Under the pieces are notes generated by a model, which did no database searches, was not told the origin of the DNA, and worked only from the letters and a program-made list of their open reading frames with translations. From the NCBI GenBank assembly GCA_038147335.1, contig JAYQTK010000006.1, positions 126,625-190,624 on the forward strand: DNA of 64,000 nucleotides, written 5' to 3'. The stretch is from Bacteroidota bacterium. Lineage in GTDB: Bacteria > Bacteroidota > Bacteroidia > Flavobacteriales > Flavobacteriaceae. Within the stretch, counting starts at the first letter, position 1; the number at the start of each line of letters is the position of its first letter. Positions 1-10,811 of this stretch are shown piece after piece. The position numbers and the translations under genes were made by a program.

Positions 1-918
1 AATATTTTTATTTCATTATTTATTTTCTGGCCAAAGATTAGATTCGTTGCAATTTTCTTCCTTTTTGTTTGAACTATTATATCGAATAATCTTTAGATTT
101 TTTAAGAAGATCAAATCCCTCAAAGGTATAGTTTAAGAATTTATTTCAATTCTGTTTTTTCATCCCTGAATAGTGATGAATACTTCTAATTTGTCAAATT
201 TGGAGTTAAAATTTTGTTTCAATTCCATTCATAGTTTATTATTATTTTTATCATTGGCTTAATAATAAATAATATTGTTCAAGATGTTGCAAGATTATAG
301 TCCATAGAATTATCCACTGAGCAGATGAAGCTGCATAATAAAGATATTCTTGATTCCAAAGATTTCAGGGAAAGTTTAATCATATACCATCTTAAGTTTT
401 TAGCATTCAGAAAAGTTTTCAGTCTCATTATCACCAACAGCACTGATGTAATAATAGCATTTCCTGTTTCAAGTTTAGATAATTCTGGACAATTCAATAG
501 TTCAGGATTTGCTTCCTTTACATAATTCCCATATTTACTAGACATATCAAATGCTTTGATTTAGCTAAAAAACTTGTTAAAATCTTTCAGTTTCAATTCA
601 TTGGAATCATTTTGCTAATGAAATTTTCCATAGAAGAAGCATTAACTTTGAGATTTAATTTTGTCAGTTTCAGAATTTTTTAGATGCTATTATTCAAAAA
701 GACTTTTTGAAGAATCTTTTATTATCTATTTTGTTTAGGAATAATTCACCTGATAAGTTTCTTATAAAATTTATTAGCAGCTTTTAAGTTTAGATAATTT
801 TTTTTTTTTTATTTCATATGAAAATGAATCTTCCATTTTATGAAAATATATTTAATTTTTGTCATTTGTATATAAAATTTATTATTTATCTTTTTTTCAT
901 TTTTTCATAAGTTTTAGT

Positions 919-3408
919 TTATTCAACAGTATCTCCTGTAAATTCAATATCATTTAAATCTTCGATTTCTTCCTCATCTTTCATAACCTTAGCTACTGCA
1001 GCGATACTATCTCCTTCTTTAATACTTATCACTTTTACACCTTGAGTAGCTCTACCCATTACTCTTAAATCTTCTACTTGCATTCTTATAGCAATACCCG
1101 ATTTATTTATTATCATTAGATCATCGTTGTCAGAGACACTTTTTAAAGTTACTAATTTACCAGTTTTTTCAGTAATAGATATTGTTTTTACACCCTTACC
1201 ACCTCTATTAGTAAGTCTATAATCCTCGAGAGAAGACCTTTTCCCATATCCATTTTCAGATACTACAAGAATATTTGCATCCATATCGTTAACAGATATC
1301 ATTCCAACAACTTCATCTTTATTGTCTTTAAGCCTAATACCTCTAACACCAGAAGCATTTCTACCCATAGGTCTTGTCTTATTTTCCTCAAATCTAATAG
1401 CCTTTCCAGATTTTACTGCTAACATTATTTGACTGTTTCCATTAGTCAATTTTGCTTCTAGTAATTCATCGCCATCTTTTACAGTTATTGCATTAATACC
1501 ATTAGATCTAGGTCTAGAATATTGTTCAAGGGAAGTTTTCTTTACCTGCCCCATCTTCGTAGCCATGATAACATAATTACCATTTACATAATCTTCATCT
1601 TTTAAATCTTGTGTACATATAAACGCTTTTACTTTATCATCTTGCTCAATGTTAATTAAGTTTTGAATTGCTCTACCTTTGGAGTTTTTTGATCCCTCAG
1701 GTATTTCATAGACTCTCATCCAAAAACATTTACCTTTCTGAGTAAAGAATAGCATGTATTGATGATTTGTACCAACGAACAGATCTTCAAGGAAATCCTC
1801 ATCTCTAGTTTTTGATGCCTTTTGGCCAACGCCACCTCTATTTTGAGTCTTATACTCAGTTAATGGTGTTCTTTTTATATATCCAGCATGGGAGATAGTA
1901 ATAACAACTTTTTCATTAGGAATAATATCCTCTACCCTAAAATCACCTCCAGCATATTCAATTACAGATCTTCTTTCATCACCATACTTTTCTTTAATTT
2001 CAGATAATTCATCCTTAATTAAATTCATTCTCATAGGTTTACTGTCAAGTAATTCCTTGTAACCTTTTATAGTTTTTTGAAGGTCGTCATACTCTTCTCT
2101 TAACTTGCTTTGCTCAAGACCAGTTAATTGACGTAATCTCATTTCAATAATTGCTTTTGCTTGAGTCTCGGAAAGCTTATATTTTTTCTCTAGTTTTAAT
2201 CTAGCTTCTTCTGCATTTGATGATTTTTTTATTAAACTTATTACGTCATCAATATTGTCACTTGCTATTATAAGACCTTCTAAAATATGAGCTCTTTGTT
2301 CAGCTTTTTTAAGTTCAAAAGTTGTTCTTTTTACAACTACATCATGTCTATGATCAACAAAATGATGGATTAAATCTTTTAAGTTAAGTAACTGAGGTCT
2401 TCCATTAACAAGTGCAACATTATTAACACTAAAAGATGATTGTAAGGGGGTAAATTTGTATAATTTATTTAGAACTATGTTTGGAATCGCATCTCTCTTT
2501 AATACATATACTATTCTCATTCCCTTTCTATCTGACTCATCTCTAATAGTAGAAATTCCCTCAATTTTTCCATCGTTTATCAATTCAGCTGTTTTTCTAA
2601 TCATATCTGCTTTATTGACTAAATAAGGAATCTCAGATACAATTATACACTCTCTATCATTTACATTTTCGATTACAGCCTTACCCCTCATAACTACTCT
2701 ACCTTTTCCAGTATGAAAAGCTTCTTTTACTCCATCATAACCATAAATAGTTCCACCAGTGGGAAAATCTGGTGCCTTCACATACTGAATTAATTCATCA
2801 ATTGTAATATCATTGTTATCTATGTATTGAATAATACCATCAATAACTTCAGATAGATTATGAGGTGGCATATTTGTAGCCATTCCAACAGCTATACCTG
2901 ATGCACCATTTATTAACAAAGCAGGAACTCTAGTTGGTAGAACTGTAGGCTCCATAATTGTATCATCAAAGTTTAATTGAAAGTCTACAGTTTCTTTATC
3001 AATATCTGAGAGAAGGTCTTCAGATATTTTTTGCATTCTTGCCTCAGTATATCTCATAGCTGCTGGACTATCCCCATCTACAGAACCAAAATTACCTTGA
3101 CCGTCAACTAAAATATATCTAAGACTCCATTCTTGAGCCATTCTAACCATAGTATCATACACTGAACTATCTCCATGTGGATGATATTTTCCCATAACAT
3201 CTCCAACTATTCTTGCAGATTTTTTATACGAGGATGTGGATCTTACACCCATTTCGTTCATTCCAAAAAGAACCCTTCTGTGAACTGGTTTTAAACCGTC
3301 TCTTACATCAGGTAATGCCCTAGAAACAATAACCGACATCGAATAGTCGATGTAGGCTGACTTCATTTCATCTTCAATTTTTATAGGGATAAGCTTTTCT
3401 TTTTCCAT
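919..3408 (-). CDS. gyrA: DNA gyrase subunit A
   Basis: 829-aa ORF. N-terminal GyrA signature [24 protein letters not shown], catalytic-Tyr region [10 protein letters not shown], repeated C-terminal beta-pinwheel blades. Confidence 0.97.
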   Translation of the reverse strand: MEKEKLIPIKIEDEMKSAYIDYSMSVIVSRALPDVRDGLKPVHRRVLFGMNEMGVRSTSSYKKSARIVGDVMGKYHPHGDSSVYDTMVRMAQEWSLRYILVDGQGNFGSVDGDSPAAMRYTEARMQKISEDLLSDIDKETVDFQLNFDDTIMEPTVLPTRVPALLINGASGIAVGMATNMPPHNLSEVIDGIIQYIDNNDITIDELIQYVKAPDFPTGGTIYGYDGVKEAFHTGKGRVVMRGKAVIENVNDRECIIVSEIPYLVNKADMIRKTAELINDGKIEGISTIRDESDRKGMRIVYVLKRDAIPNIVLNKLYKFTPLQSSFSVNNVALVNGRPQLLNLKDLIHHFVDHRHDVVVKRTTFELKKAEQRAHILEGLIIASDNIDDVISLIKKSSNAEEARLKLEKKYKLSETQAKAIIEMRLRQLTGLEQSKLREEYDDLQKTIKGYKELLDSKPMRMNLIKDELSEIKEKYGDERRSVIEYAGGDFRVEDIIPNEKVVITISHAGYIKRTPLTEYKTQNRGGVGQKASKTRDEDFLEDLFVGTNHQYMLFFTQKGKCFWMRVYEIPEGSKNSKGRAIQNLINIEQDDKVKAFICTQDLKDEDYVNGNYVIMATKMGQVKKTSLEQYSRPRSNGINAITVKDGDELLEAKLTNGNSQIMLAVKSGKAIRFEENKTRPMGRNASGVRGIRLKDNKDEVVGMISVNDMDANILVVSENGYGKRSSLEDYRLTNRGGKGVKTISITEKTGKLVTLKSVSDNDDLMIINKSGIAIRMQVEDLRVMGRATQGVKVISIKEGDSIAAVAKVMKDEEEIEDLNDIEFTGDTVE

Positions 3409-3595
3409 AGGCTAATTTATTAATGCTAAAATAAATAAATGAGCACTATTTTGTTCAAATTATCTTAGATAAAAAAGGATTATTTATTAACATTATTAAT
3501 TGAAAAGTTTTATCTCAAAATAAGCAATTAGTATAAGTATTTTCTTTGTTAATTTATATTAATGGCATATTTTAGTCAACAAATTATTTAAGATT

Positions 3596-6148
3596 ATGGA
3601 TGATAATTTTTCTTCAAGAGTTAAAGATGTAATTTCTTACAGTAAAGAGGAGGCTCTAAGGCTAGGTCATAAACAGATTGGTACTGAGCATCTTTTACTT
3701 GGAATTCTAAGAGATGGTGGAGGTAAAGCTATATCCATTTTAAACTCCATTGAAATAAATCTTGATGAGTTAAGAAAGAAAATTGAACTTCTTAATCCAG
3801 CAATTATTGACAGTTCTTCTCTAAGGTTAAATGAAAAGAAAAATCTTCACTTAACTAGACAAGCTGAAAGGGCATTAAAAACTACTTTTTTAGAAGCTAA
3901 ATTATTTCAAAGTACAAATATAAATACTGCCCATTTGCTTTTATGCATTTTAAGAAACGACAATGATCCATTAACCAAAATTCTTAGTAAAATGGATATT
4001 AGTTATGATAATGTCAAAGAGAAATTTAAAGCAATGATTAACGAAACAGGGTCAGATGATATAATTGAGTATCCATCCTCCTCTTCATTTCCAGATGAGA
4101 AAGACGATTCTGATGAAGCTTCAAAAAATCCATTTTCATCTACTCAAAAAACAAAACAGTCTTCAAATACTAAGACTCCTGTATTAGATAATTTTGGTAG
4201 AGATATTACAGCCTTAGCAGAAAAGAATAAATTAGATCCAGTCATAGGTAGAGATAAGGAGATTCAAAGGGTATCTCAAATTTTAAGTAGAAGAAAAAAG
4301 AATAATCCATTATTAATCGGTGAACCTGGAGTTGGTAAATCTGCAATTGCAGAAGGACTTGCGTTAAGAATTATACAGAAAAAAGTTTCAAGAGTTTTAT
4401 ATGGCAAAAGAGTTATCACTCTTGACCTTGCTAGTTTGGTTGCAGGTACAAAATATAGAGGTCAATTTGAAGAAAGAATGAAAGCTGTTATGAATGAGCT
4501 TGAAAAAAATAGAAATATAATTTTATTTATTGATGAAATTCATACTATAGTTGGAGCAGGTGGTGCAACAGGAAGCCTTGATGCTTCTAACATGTTCAAG
4601 CCAGCTCTTGCGAGAGGTGAAATTCAATGTATTGGAGCAACAACATTGAACGAATACAGTCAGCATATTGAAAAGGATGGAGCACTCGAGAGAAGATTTC
4701 AAAAAATTCTTGTTGAAGAAACAAGTAAAGATGAGACCGTTGAAATATTAAGAAACATAAAAGATAGATATGAGTCTCACCATAACGTTAATTATACAGA
4801 TGAAGCTCTTATTGCCTGTGTTGAGTTATCTCAAAGATATATAACTGATAGATTTCTCCCAGATAAGGCTATTGATGCGTTAGATGAAGCTGGATCAAGA
4901 GCTCATATTAATAATATGGATGTGCCAGAAGAAGTTGTACTAATGGAAAAACAACTTGAGGATGTAAGAGAACTTAAAAATTCAGTTGTAAAAAAACAGA
5001 AATACGAAGAAGCTGCTAAATTAAGAGATGATGAAAAAAGAGTTGAAAAAAAATTAGTAGAAGCCCAAAATAGGTGGCACGAAGAATCTAAGTTAAATAG
5101 AGTTACAGTTGATGAAGATCAAATTGCTGATGTAGTATCAATGATGACTAATATTCCTGTAAATAAAATATTATCAACTGAAAGAAATAAGCTATCAAAA
5201 CTAGAGAAAATTATAAAGGATAAGATTATAGGACAAGATGAGGCTGTTTCTAAAGTTGTTAAATCTATTCAAAGAAATAGAGCTGGACTTAACTCTCCTA
5301 ATAGACCTATAGGTTCATTTATTTTTCTCGGTCAAACTGGTGTTGGAAAGACACAACTCGCAAAGGTACTTGCATCTGAAATTTTTGAATCTGAGGAAAA
5401 TCTTATAAGAATTGATATGAGTGAGTATATGGAGAAATTTTCAGTTTCAAGACTTATCGGAGCACCTCCAGGTTACGTTGGATATGAAGAAGGTGGACAG
5501 CTAACTGAAAAAGTTAAAAGAAGACCATATTCAGTTGTCCTATTTGATGAAATTGAAAAAGGGCATCCTGATATTTACAGCATGTTACTTCAAATACTCG
5601 ATGATGGATTTTTGACTGACAGTGTTGGAAGAAAAATTAACTTTCAAAATACTATTATTATTATGACTTCAAACATAGGAGTCAAACAAATAAATGATTT
5701 TGGTGTTGGTGTTGGATTTGAAACTAAATCATCATTGGATCAAACCTCTAAAGTTGAACAAAAAGTTATTCAAAGAGCACTTAAAAATACATTTGCTCCA
5801 GAGTTTCTGAACAGAATCGATGACTGCATTATATTTAACTCTTTGTCAATCAAGGAAATTAATAAAATTGTTGCAATAGAGTTAAATAAATTAAAAGAAA
5901 GAGTTGATGGAATAGGTTATGATTTATCAGTTTCTGCTAAAGCTAAGTCTTTTATTTGTGAAAAGGGTTTTGATCAAAAAAATGGCGCTAGACCTTTGAA
6001 TAGAATGATTCAAAAATATATTGAAGATCTTATTGCAGAGAATTTAGTTTCTGATAAAATTAAACAGGGTGATAAATTACTTATAGATCACAAACCTGAA
6101 GATGATCATTTAACTTTATTAATCAACAAAAAAGAGATAGCCTCTTGA
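3596..6148 (+). CDS. clpC: Clp/Hsp100 AAA+ chaperone, ClpC-type ATP-binding subunit
   Basis: 850-aa ORF. Double Clp_N repeat at the N-terminus, two Walker A motifs (GEPGVGKS, GQTGVGKT), UVR-like linker KQKYEEAAKLRDDE. Stop TGA overlaps the thrA start. Confidence 0.93.
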   Translation: MDDNFSSRVKDVISYSKEEALRLGHKQIGTEHLLLGILRDGGGKAISILNSIEINLDELRKKIELLNPAIIDSSSLRLNEKKNLHLTRQAERALKTTFLEAKLFQSTNINTAHLLLCILRNDNDPLTKILSKMDISYDNVKEKFKAMINETGSDDIIEYPSSSSFPDEKDDSDEASKNPFSSTQKTKQSSNTKTPVLDNFGRDITALAEKNKLDPVIGRDKEIQRVSQILSRRKKNNPLLIGEPGVGKSAIAEGLALRIIQKKVSRVLYGKRVITLDLASLVAGTKYRGQFEERMKAVMNELEKNRNIILFIDEIHTIVGAGGATGSLDASNMFKPALARGEIQCIGATTLNEYSQHIEKDGALERRFQKILVEETSKDETVEILRNIKDRYESHHNVNYTDEALIACVELSQRYITDRFLPDKAIDALDEAGSRAHINNMDVPEEVVLMEKQLEDVRELKNSVVKKQKYEEAAKLRDDEKRVEKKLVEAQNRWHEESKLNRVTVDEDQIADVVSMMTNIPVNKILSTERNKLSKLEKIIKDKIIGQDEAVSKVVKSIQRNRAGLNSPNRPIGSFIFLGQTGVGKTQLAKVLASEIFESEENLIRIDMSEYMEKFSVSRLIGAPPGYVGYEEGGQLTEKVKRRPYSVVLFDEIEKGHPDIYSMLLQILDDGFLTDSVGRKINFQNTIIIMTSNIGVKQINDFGVGVGFETKSSLDQTSKVEQKVIQRALKNTFAPEFLNRIDDCIIFNSLSIKEINKIVAIELNKLKERVDGIGYDLSVSAKAKSFICEKGFDQKNGARPLNRMIQKYIEDLIAENLVSDKIKQGDKLLIDHKPEDDHLTLLINKKEIAS

Positions 6149-8589
6149 AAGTTCTAAAATTTGGTGGCACATCAGTCGCTGATTCAAAGTCTATAAATAA
6201 TGTAATATCAATTCTTGAGGATAATGATGAGCCATTATTTATTATTGTTTCTGCATTTGGGGGCATAACAAACCTTCTTCAAAAATGTATTGTTTCAAAA
6301 GGTAAATCAGTTAATGGAATAATCAATGAAATTGAACAGAGACATCTTGAAGTAATAGATAATCTTTCTAGTTTAGATAAGCAAAGCTCACTTAAAAGCT
6401 TTCTAAAACAAAATTTAAATGAGCTTGAGGATATTCTTGATGCCATCTCAACTATTGACGAAGTAACAGAGAAAACAATTTCAAAAGTTTTGACACTTGG
6501 TGAAGTTTTATCAAGTAGTATCATTTATGAAATACTTAAACAGAAAGGATTTGACATTTCATATATTGATTCTAGAGAGTTAATTTTTACTAAAGACTTT
6601 AATAATAGTCAAGTTTTAGATTCAAATAAAACTTCAATTTCAATTAAGAACAAAATAGGTTTAATCAAATCTAAAATGGTCATAGCACCTGGATATATTT
6701 GCTCTAATGAAAAGGGTGAAACCTCAAATCTTGGAAGAGGTGGCTCAGATTATAGTGCAGCAATCTATGCAAAGTATGTAAATGCTAAAGTTTTAGAAAT
6801 TTGGACTGATGTTAGTGGTGTATTCAGTGCTAATCCAAAAATTGTGAAAAAAGCATCCCCAATTGAATTTCTATCTTACAAAGAAGCAATGGAGCTTTCA
6901 TTTTTTGGAGCTAAGGTTATCTACTTCCCTACACTACAACCTTTAATCGAAGATAATATTCCAGTTTTTATAAAAAACACATTTGATCCAAGTGCAGAAG
7001 GTACTTGTATATCAAATTCCACAAAACTTGATAATGATGAAATTGTTAAAGGAATAAGTCATATTGAAAATATTTCAATATTAAATTTTGAAGGTTCTGG
7101 TATGGTAGGTGTTCCTGGCTTTTCAAAAAGATTTTTTGAAGCCTTATCATCTAATCAGATAAATGTTGTAATGATTACTCAAGCGTCGTCTGAGTTTTCA
7201 ATTTGTATTGCCATAAATTCTAATGATGCACAACTTGCTAAACAGGTAATTGATAAAGAATTTGAATTTGAGATATCTCAAAAAAGAATTAATGAATCTC
7301 AGATTGAATCAAATCTTGCAAATATTGCAATAGTTGGTGATAAAATGAAGAGTAAAAAAGGTATTAGTGGAAAACTATTTAGTTCACTTGGTAACAATAA
7401 CATTAACGTAAGAGCTATTGCTCAAGGTGCTTCAGAAAGAAACATATCTATAATTATTGATGAAACAAATGCAAAAAAAGCTTTAAACGCATTACATGAG
7501 AGCTTCTTTGAGAAAGATTTAAAGGATATACATATTTTTATAACTGGTGTTGGTAATGTTGGGGGTTATTTAATTCAGCAAATTAAAAATCAAAAAGATT
7601 TCATTTCAGAAAATCTTGGATTAAATCTAAAAGTTTTGGGTGTATCTAATTCCAAAAAAATGTTGATATCTAAGGAGGAGATAGATCTTAAAAATTGGTC
7701 AGAATTATTAGATAATTCCAAAACCAAAGCTGATAAGGATTTATTTCAAAAGACTATAATTGAATTAAATAGAAGAAATAGCTTGTTTGTTGATAATACA
7801 GCTAGCGAGATAATACCATTAACCTATAACGATTATTTAAAAAATGGGGTTGGAATAATCACTTGTAATAAAATATCAAACTCTGGCACACTAAATGTAT
7901 ATAAAGAATTAAGAGAATTATCAAGGAGACATAATGCACCTTTCTTTTATGAAACAAATGTTGGAGCTGCACTGCCAGTTATTAGTACACTAAAAAACTT
8001 AATTAATTCCGGAGATAAGGTTTTGAAGATTGAAGCAGTTTTATCTGGCACACTAAATTATATTTTTAATAATTTCCAAGAAGAAAATACTTTCCATGAT
8101 ATTGTTTCTAAGGCGGTTAATCTTGGATATACTGAACCTGATCCAAAAATTGATTTGTGTGGTATTGATGTATGCAGAAAAATATTAATTCTTGCTAGAG
8201 AAAGTGGATTTAACCTTGAATATGAAGATGTTAAAAAGAATCATTTCTTACCCGATGAATCAATAAACACATCTTCTAATGATGAATTTATTTTATCTCT
8301 AAAAAACAACAAAGCCCATTTTAATAAAATCTTAAATGAAGCAAAAGAAAAAAACTGTAGATTAAAGTTTGTTGCAAAACTAGATAATGGTAATGCTAGT
8401 GTTGGATTAGAAGCTGTTTCAACTGATCACCCATTTTATAATCTCGTAGGTAGTGATAATATAACAGTTTTTCACACAGAAAGATACAAAGACTCACCTT
8501 TAGTTGTTAAAGGGGCAGGTGCTGGTGGAGAGTTCACTGCATCTGGAGTTTTTGCTGATATTATCAAAGCAAGTCAAGAAAATGGATAA
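6145..8589 (+). CDS. thrA: bifunctional aspartokinase / homoserine dehydrogenase
   Basis: 814-aa ORF with a TTG start inside a TTGA overlap with the clpC stop. N-terminus MKVLKFGGTSV (aspartokinase), C-terminal Rossmann motif ITGVGNVGG (homoserine dehydrogenase). Confidence 0.95.
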   Translation: MKVLKFGGTSVADSKSINNVISILEDNDEPLFIIVSAFGGITNLLQKCIVSKGKSVNGIINEIEQRHLEVIDNLSSLDKQSSLKSFLKQNLNELEDILDAISTIDEVTEKTISKVLTLGEVLSSSIIYEILKQKGFDISYIDSRELIFTKDFNNSQVLDSNKTSISIKNKIGLIKSKMVIAPGYICSNEKGETSNLGRGGSDYSAAIYAKYVNAKVLEIWTDVSGVFSANPKIVKKASPIEFLSYKEAMELSFFGAKVIYFPTLQPLIEDNIPVFIKNTFDPSAEGTCISNSTKLDNDEIVKGISHIENISILNFEGSGMVGVPGFSKRFFEALSSNQINVVMITQASSEFSICIAINSNDAQLAKQVIDKEFEFEISQKRINESQIESNLANIAIVGDKMKSKKGISGKLFSSLGNNNINVRAIAQGASERNISIIIDETNAKKALNALHESFFEKDLKDIHIFITGVGNVGGYLIQQIKNQKDFISENLGLNLKVLGVSNSKKMLISKEEIDLKNWSELLDNSKTKADKDLFQKTIIELNRRNSLFVDNTASEIIPLTYNDYLKNGVGIITCNKISNSGTLNVYKELRELSRRHNAPFFYETNVGAALPVISTLKNLINSGDKVLKIEAVLSGTLNYIFNNFQEENTFHDIVSKAVNLGYTEPDPKIDLCGIDVCRKILILARESGFNLEYEDVKKNHFLPDESINTSSNDEFILSLKNNKAHFNKILNEAKEKNCRLKFVAKLDNGNASVGLEAVSTDHPFYNLVGSDNITVFHTERYKDSPLVVKGAGAGGEFTASGVFADIIKASQENG

Positions 8590-9505
8590 AATCAAAGTCT
8601 TTTCACCTGGAAGTATTACAAATTTGTCATGTGGATATGATGTACTTGGAGTTTGTCTTGAAAATAGAGGTGATGAAATTGAAGTTCACAAAACTATGTC
8701 TAAGGGTATAGAAATAGAGTCCATAGATAATTATAATATATCCAATAACATTGATGAAAATGTTGCTGGAATTGCTGCTCAAGCTATGTTAGAAAATATT
8801 GACATAGACTTTGGCTTTAAAATAATCATAAACAAAGGGATTAAGCCTGGAAGTGGAATTGGAAGCTCTGCTGCAAGTTCTGCTGGTACAGTTTATGCTA
8901 TTAATCAACTTCTAAATTCACATTTTGACAATTTAGATTTAGTTAGGTTCTCTATGGAAGGTGAGAATTTTGTTAGTGGATCTTATCATGCAGACAATGT
9001 TGCACCAATAATTTTAGGTGGAATAACTTTGGTTAGATCTATTTCTGATCTAGATATTATTAAACTTCCTTCTCCCAAGTCTTTAGAAGTAATAATTATT
9101 AGGCCAAATATTGAAATAAAGACTTCAGATTCTAGAAAAGTTGTAAAGAAAAAAGTGAAAATTGAAAAGATGGTACAACAATCTGCTAATTTAGGTGCTT
9201 TTATAAGCAGTTTGTACTCAGAAGATTTTGACCTAATGTCAAGAAGTGTAGTAGACGAAATTGTAGAACCTGATAGATCTATGTTAATCCCTGAATTTGA
9301 ATCAATTAAAAAAATATCAACTGAATCTGGCGCTTTGTCTTGTGGTATTTCTGGTTCAGGCCCCTCCATATTTGCCTTATCAAACAATAGTGAAACTTCC
9401 AAAATTATTCTTAATAATATATGTAGTCATCTAGATAAAGTAAGAATTGATTATGACAGCTTTATATCTAAAGTAAATCCTAAAGGAATCAAAATATTAG
9501 ATTAG
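8582..9505 (+). CDS. thrB: homoserine kinase
   Basis: GHMP-kinase motif PGSGIGSSAASSA. I chose the ATG at 8582 (MDKIKVFSPGSITN, ATGGATAA overlap with the thrA stop) over the upstream track start at 8504. Confidence 0.92.
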   Translation: MDKIKVFSPGSITNLSCGYDVLGVCLENRGDEIEVHKTMSKGIEIESIDNYNISNNIDENVAGIAAQAMLENIDIDFGFKIIINKGIKPGSGIGSSAASSAGTVYAINQLLNSHFDNLDLVRFSMEGENFVSGSYHADNVAPIILGGITLVRSISDLDIIKLPSPKSLEVIIIRPNIEIKTSDSRKVVKKKVKIEKMVQQSANLGAFISSLYSEDFDLMSRSVVDEIVEPDRSMLIPEFESIKKISTESGALSCGISGSGPSIFALSNNSETSKIILNNICSHLDKVRIDYDSFISKVNPKGIKILD

Positions 9506-10811
9506 ATGAAATACATTAGTTTAAATCATAACTCAGCGCCAACATCTTTTAGGAATGCTGTAATAAATGGTTTGGCTCCTGATAAAGGTCTTTATTTTCC
9601 AGAAAAAGAGATTTGTTTATCTAATAAATTATTAGAGTCATTATATGAAATTGAAGAAATAGAGCTCTGCTATGAGGTTATAAAAGACTTTATTGGAGAC
9701 GAAATACCAAAAAACAGATTAATAGATATTATAGCTAATACAATTTCATTTGAAATTCCTGTAAAAGAAATTGAAAGTTCAATTTATTCTTTAGAATTAT
9801 TTCATGGACCTACCCTAGCATTTAAGGATGTAGGTGCAAAATTCATGGCATTATGTTTAGATTATTTTAAAGATAATAATAGCTCAAAAAAAATGACTGT
9901 TTTAGTAGCTACATCTGGAGATACTGGAGGAGCAGTTGCAAATGGATTTCTTGGCACAAAAGATATTGATGTCTGCATATTATATCCTAAGGGTAAAATA
10001 AGTGAAGTCCAAGAAAAGCAAATTACTACTAATGGTTCTTTCGTTCAGGCAATTGAAGTTGAAGGTGATTTTGATTTATGCCAATCAATGGTAAAAAATG
10101 CATTTAATGACTATGATATAAATAAGAAAATATCGTTAACCTCAGCTAATTCTATTAATGTTGCAAGATGGCTACCTCAGATGTTTTACTATTTTTTAGC
10201 ATCTAAAAGGATAGAAAATAATTATCCTAATATTTTCTCAGTTCCTAGTGGTAATTTTGGTAATATATGTGCTGGTATTTTAGCAAAGTCAATGGGGCTT
10301 CCTATTGAGCATTTTGTTGCATCTACAAATATTAATGATACTATTCCAAGGTATATTAAAGAAGGAATTTATGAACCATTAAAAACTAAAAGTACAATTT
10401 CCAATGCTATGGATGTTTCTGAACCAAGTAACTTTATAAGAATTCAGAAGATATTTAATAATGATTTACAGAAAGATAAGGAAGAATATCTCTGGATATA
10501 GTTTTGATGACAAATCAACAATGAATTGTATTAAAAAATTAAATCAAGACAATAACTACATTGCAGATCCTCATACTGCAATAGGATACCTTGGACTAAA
10601 AAAATATCTTCAAGAAAACAACTTAAGAAATTGTAATGGTTTATTTGTTTCTACTGCTCATCCGATTAAATTCAAAGATACTGTTGAAAATAGTATAAAC
10701 TCACAAATTGAATATCCAGATTCTATTAGATCAATAATGAACAAAGAAAAAAGTACTCTGACAATGAAAAGCTATTCAGAGCTTAAAGAATATCTAATAC
10801 AAAAAGATTAA
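9506..10811 (+). pseudogene. thrC: threonine synthase, interrupted by an apparent +1-nt frameshift (fragments 9506..10501 and 10461..10811)
   Basis: The N-terminal fragment carries the PLP-lysine motif FHGPTLAFKD. The C-terminal fragment continues with ISGYSFDD...DPHTAIGY in another frame. The two frames overlap at 10461-10501. Removing one A from AAA 10472-10474 joins them. Confidence 0.85.

Noticed and set aside
279-545. An 88-aa minus-strand ORF and the overlapping 66-aa plus-strand ORF (325..525) as real genes.
   Set aside because: They are mutually antisense and have no recognisable motif, signal peptide or promoter box. They sit in a region that looks like decayed sequence. I kept them only as part of the finding on 1-918.
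3419-3450. A CIRCE-like heat-shock operator (TTAGCACTC-N9-GAGTGCTAA) between gyrA and clpC, suggested by ...AATGCTAA...N10...GAGCACTA.
   Set aside because: The two half-sites are not reverse complements of each other, and each has mismatches to CIRCE. HrcA/CIRCE control is also not expected for this arrangement.
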